From Ancylonema sp. (lineage: Eukaryota), in NCBI GenBank assembly GCA_050230475.1, contig JBFLGF010000079.1, positions 1 through 64,000 on the forward strand: a stretch of DNA of 64,000 nucleotides, in the 5' to 3' direction. Shown piece after piece: positions 61,997-64,000 of this stretch (position 1 is its first letter; every line of letters begins with the position of its first letter). Under the pieces are notes generated by a model, which saw nothing but the letters and a program-made list of their open reading frames with translations, was not told the origin of the DNA and ran no database searches. A program made the position numbers and the translations under genes.

Positions 61997-64000
61997 TCAT
62001 CCCATCTGCGACCGTCCGTGGCGGTAGGGGGAGGAGGGAAAGGTGGCTGCGTCCAACCCCGTGCCCATGGAGGGGTGGCGGGTATTGGACTCGCCCTCCC
62101 CCCGCCCTGTGAAGCAGTATACATTCACTTTGGTGCGCCGCAGCTCTCCTGGCAGCAGTTCCATGCTCAGCGCCTCCGCCATTTGCTGCAACCCCCCCCC
62201 CCACCCCATCACTCCCTGTACCCCTTGACCACTGGACCACTGTTTTTGAGGGGGTTGGGCACCTCACCTTGAGCTGCGAGGCTGTTTGCGGCTGGCCATC
62301 CCCATGCCCCGCGCTGTCGCTCCTGCGGGAGGAGCGGTCGCCGTCGGGGTCCGCCAGGTGGTGGAGGCCCTCCATGGTGCGCTCCAGCAGCATGGCGCGC
62401 AGCTCATCCACGATGTCCTTCAGGGGCTGCGAGTCGAAGGGGTGCAGCACCGTCTCGAAGTAGTCCAGCTCCAGTGACAGCTGGCAGAAGGCGTTGGCGT
62501 CCAGCTGCTGCAGGTCGTGGTGCTGCAGCGCCACCTGGTGCAGCGCGTCCATCAGCCCGTCTGCCAGCATGTTGATGGCGCGCTCTACAAAGGGGCGGCA
62601 GCCCGCGTACACCTCCGCGTGCACCGCCACCAGGGGGTGCATCAGCTCCAGCGCCGAGTCGCGCAGCCCCTTCACAGGCGGAGCGGTTACCCATGAGGTG
62701 CCGTCCTCCAGAAAGTATTTGATGACGGCCATGCCCAGGTGCCCCGCCTTGATGTCCACGTACTTGTCACCCACCGCTGTCTCCAGCGCCACAAACTGCT
62801 TCTCCACCTCGCTCACCATCTGTTCCACCTCCCGACTGTCCTCCCCCTCCACCCACAGCTGCCGGTAGCGCTCCAGACGCTGCGGACAGATGGCGGTGCG
62901 GCAGAACCCCGCGTTGCTCAGCAGCATCAGGATGCGCTGGTCGACGCTGGACCCCTGGACGCCTGCCTGGAGGCCCGCGTAGGCGCCAGCTGCTGCATCC
63001 CCGTTGGCAGCGGCTGCCTGCGCTGGGTCTCCGGAGGCATCCTCTCCCCCCTCCTGCCCCACCCCCGGCGCCAGGGGCAGCTGTATTGCCATCTTCTCGA
63101 GGCAGTGGCAGAAGTCGGAGAAGGAGTCCGAGAAGGTCGTTTTCATGCTGTCCAGCAGCGAGTGCAGCCCCTGCGTGTGCGCCTGGGGGTCGTCCTCCCG
63201 CATCCCTATCAGGACGTCGCGCATGTGGTCGAGCGCGTTCCCGAGGGCATCGCGGAAGTGGAGGGGGTAGGCAGAGATGGCGTACGGCGTCTCCCCCCGT
63301 TCCGCGGTGGCCGCAGGCACCCACTCCGCCCCGCCTGCCAGCTCCACCGCCGCTCCCCGGGTGATGTAGCACACGCGGCGCACAAAGCGGCGGGTGACTT
63401 CCAGGCGCAGGTGCTGCAGGGCAGTGAGGGCCTGGGGGGGCGCAGAGTCGCGCTGCTTGAGGGTGTGGCAGAGGTGGGCCACCTGCGCCACTGCCGCTTT
63501 CAGGTACGGCCGCAGCTCCACTGCGTGCTCCAGCTGCGTGAGGGCTTGCACCACCTTGGTCTCATACACCCCGATCATGCCCACCACCATCACCGCCACC
63601 TCCTCCGTGCTGTGCTTCATGTACCCCTTGGTGCTCTCAAACGCGCCAAACTTCCCGCCAAAGATGGCCAGCGCCAGCTTCCAGAATCGCGGCAGGTGCT
63701 GCGTGAGAACCGCAGTGAGGCGCTTGATGAGGCGCGCGTGCAGCTGGTCCGCCTCCACGTCGTGCGCCACCTCTTGCGCGGAGTCGAGCAGAGAGGCGTT
63801 GGTGGCGAGCAGCAGCGTGAGGTCCACTTCCGACCCCGCCACCGCCTCCACCTGGATGTGCTTCCAGCGCTGGCTGGCCTGCTGCTTCTCGCGCGTCTTG
63901 CGGTGGAGGGCCTCCAGCCGCTGCGCATGCTCCGCGCTGCACCCCTCCAGCAGCCCGCGGATGCGGCGGTCCTGCACCGCCAGGTAGTGCCAGATGGGGT
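61997..64000 (-). CDS. SEC5: Exocyst complex component SEC5 (EXOC2), 3' portion; runs off the window end
   Basis: PIWHYLAVQDRRIRGLLEGC, LPRFWKLALAIFGGKF, ISAYPLHFR, QRILMLLSNAGFC, APPVKGLRDSALELMHPLVAVHAEV, FCQLSLELDYFETVL; last exon ELRRTKVNVYCF...TGA at 61997-61999. Confidence 0.92.

Overview
Eukaryotic nuclear DNA with spliceosomal genes. Gene content (HCF152, an NLA-type SPX-RING ligase, CASP, a plant-type PDR transporter) and short G-rich introns point to a streptophyte green alga, possibly zygnematophyte-like; this is inference. Gene order: NLA/BAH1-like E3 ligase (+), CCCH zinc-finger gene (-, disrupted), PPR protein HCF152 (+), bacterial-type delta-9 desaturase (-), CASP golgin (-), histidine phosphatase/PGM-like (+), a repeat-built orphan ORF (-, frameshifted), NOSIP (+), C2/Pro-Gly-rich SRC2-like gene (-), full-size ABCG/PDR (+, premature stop) and the 3' part of SEC5 (-). 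Transposon debris fills 1-0.9, 31.8-36.7 and 43.7-54.5 kb: solo-LTR-like copies, a probable hAT relic, a CRE-type RLE retrotransposon fragment and nested PIF/Harbinger elements. Most notable: (1) several otherwise intact conserved genes carry in-frame stops, three of them TAG, most simply a decaying duplicate block, with editing/readthrough as a testable alternative; (2) a perfect 333-bp inverted copy 34.6 kb from its template; (3) an intron-rich desaturase with bacterial signature motifs; (4) telomere-like 7/8-mer arrays and G-rich splice acceptors in introns. I found no tRNA, rRNA or CRISPR feature, and no clear-cut new multi-gene system. All gene models were read by eye, without database searches.
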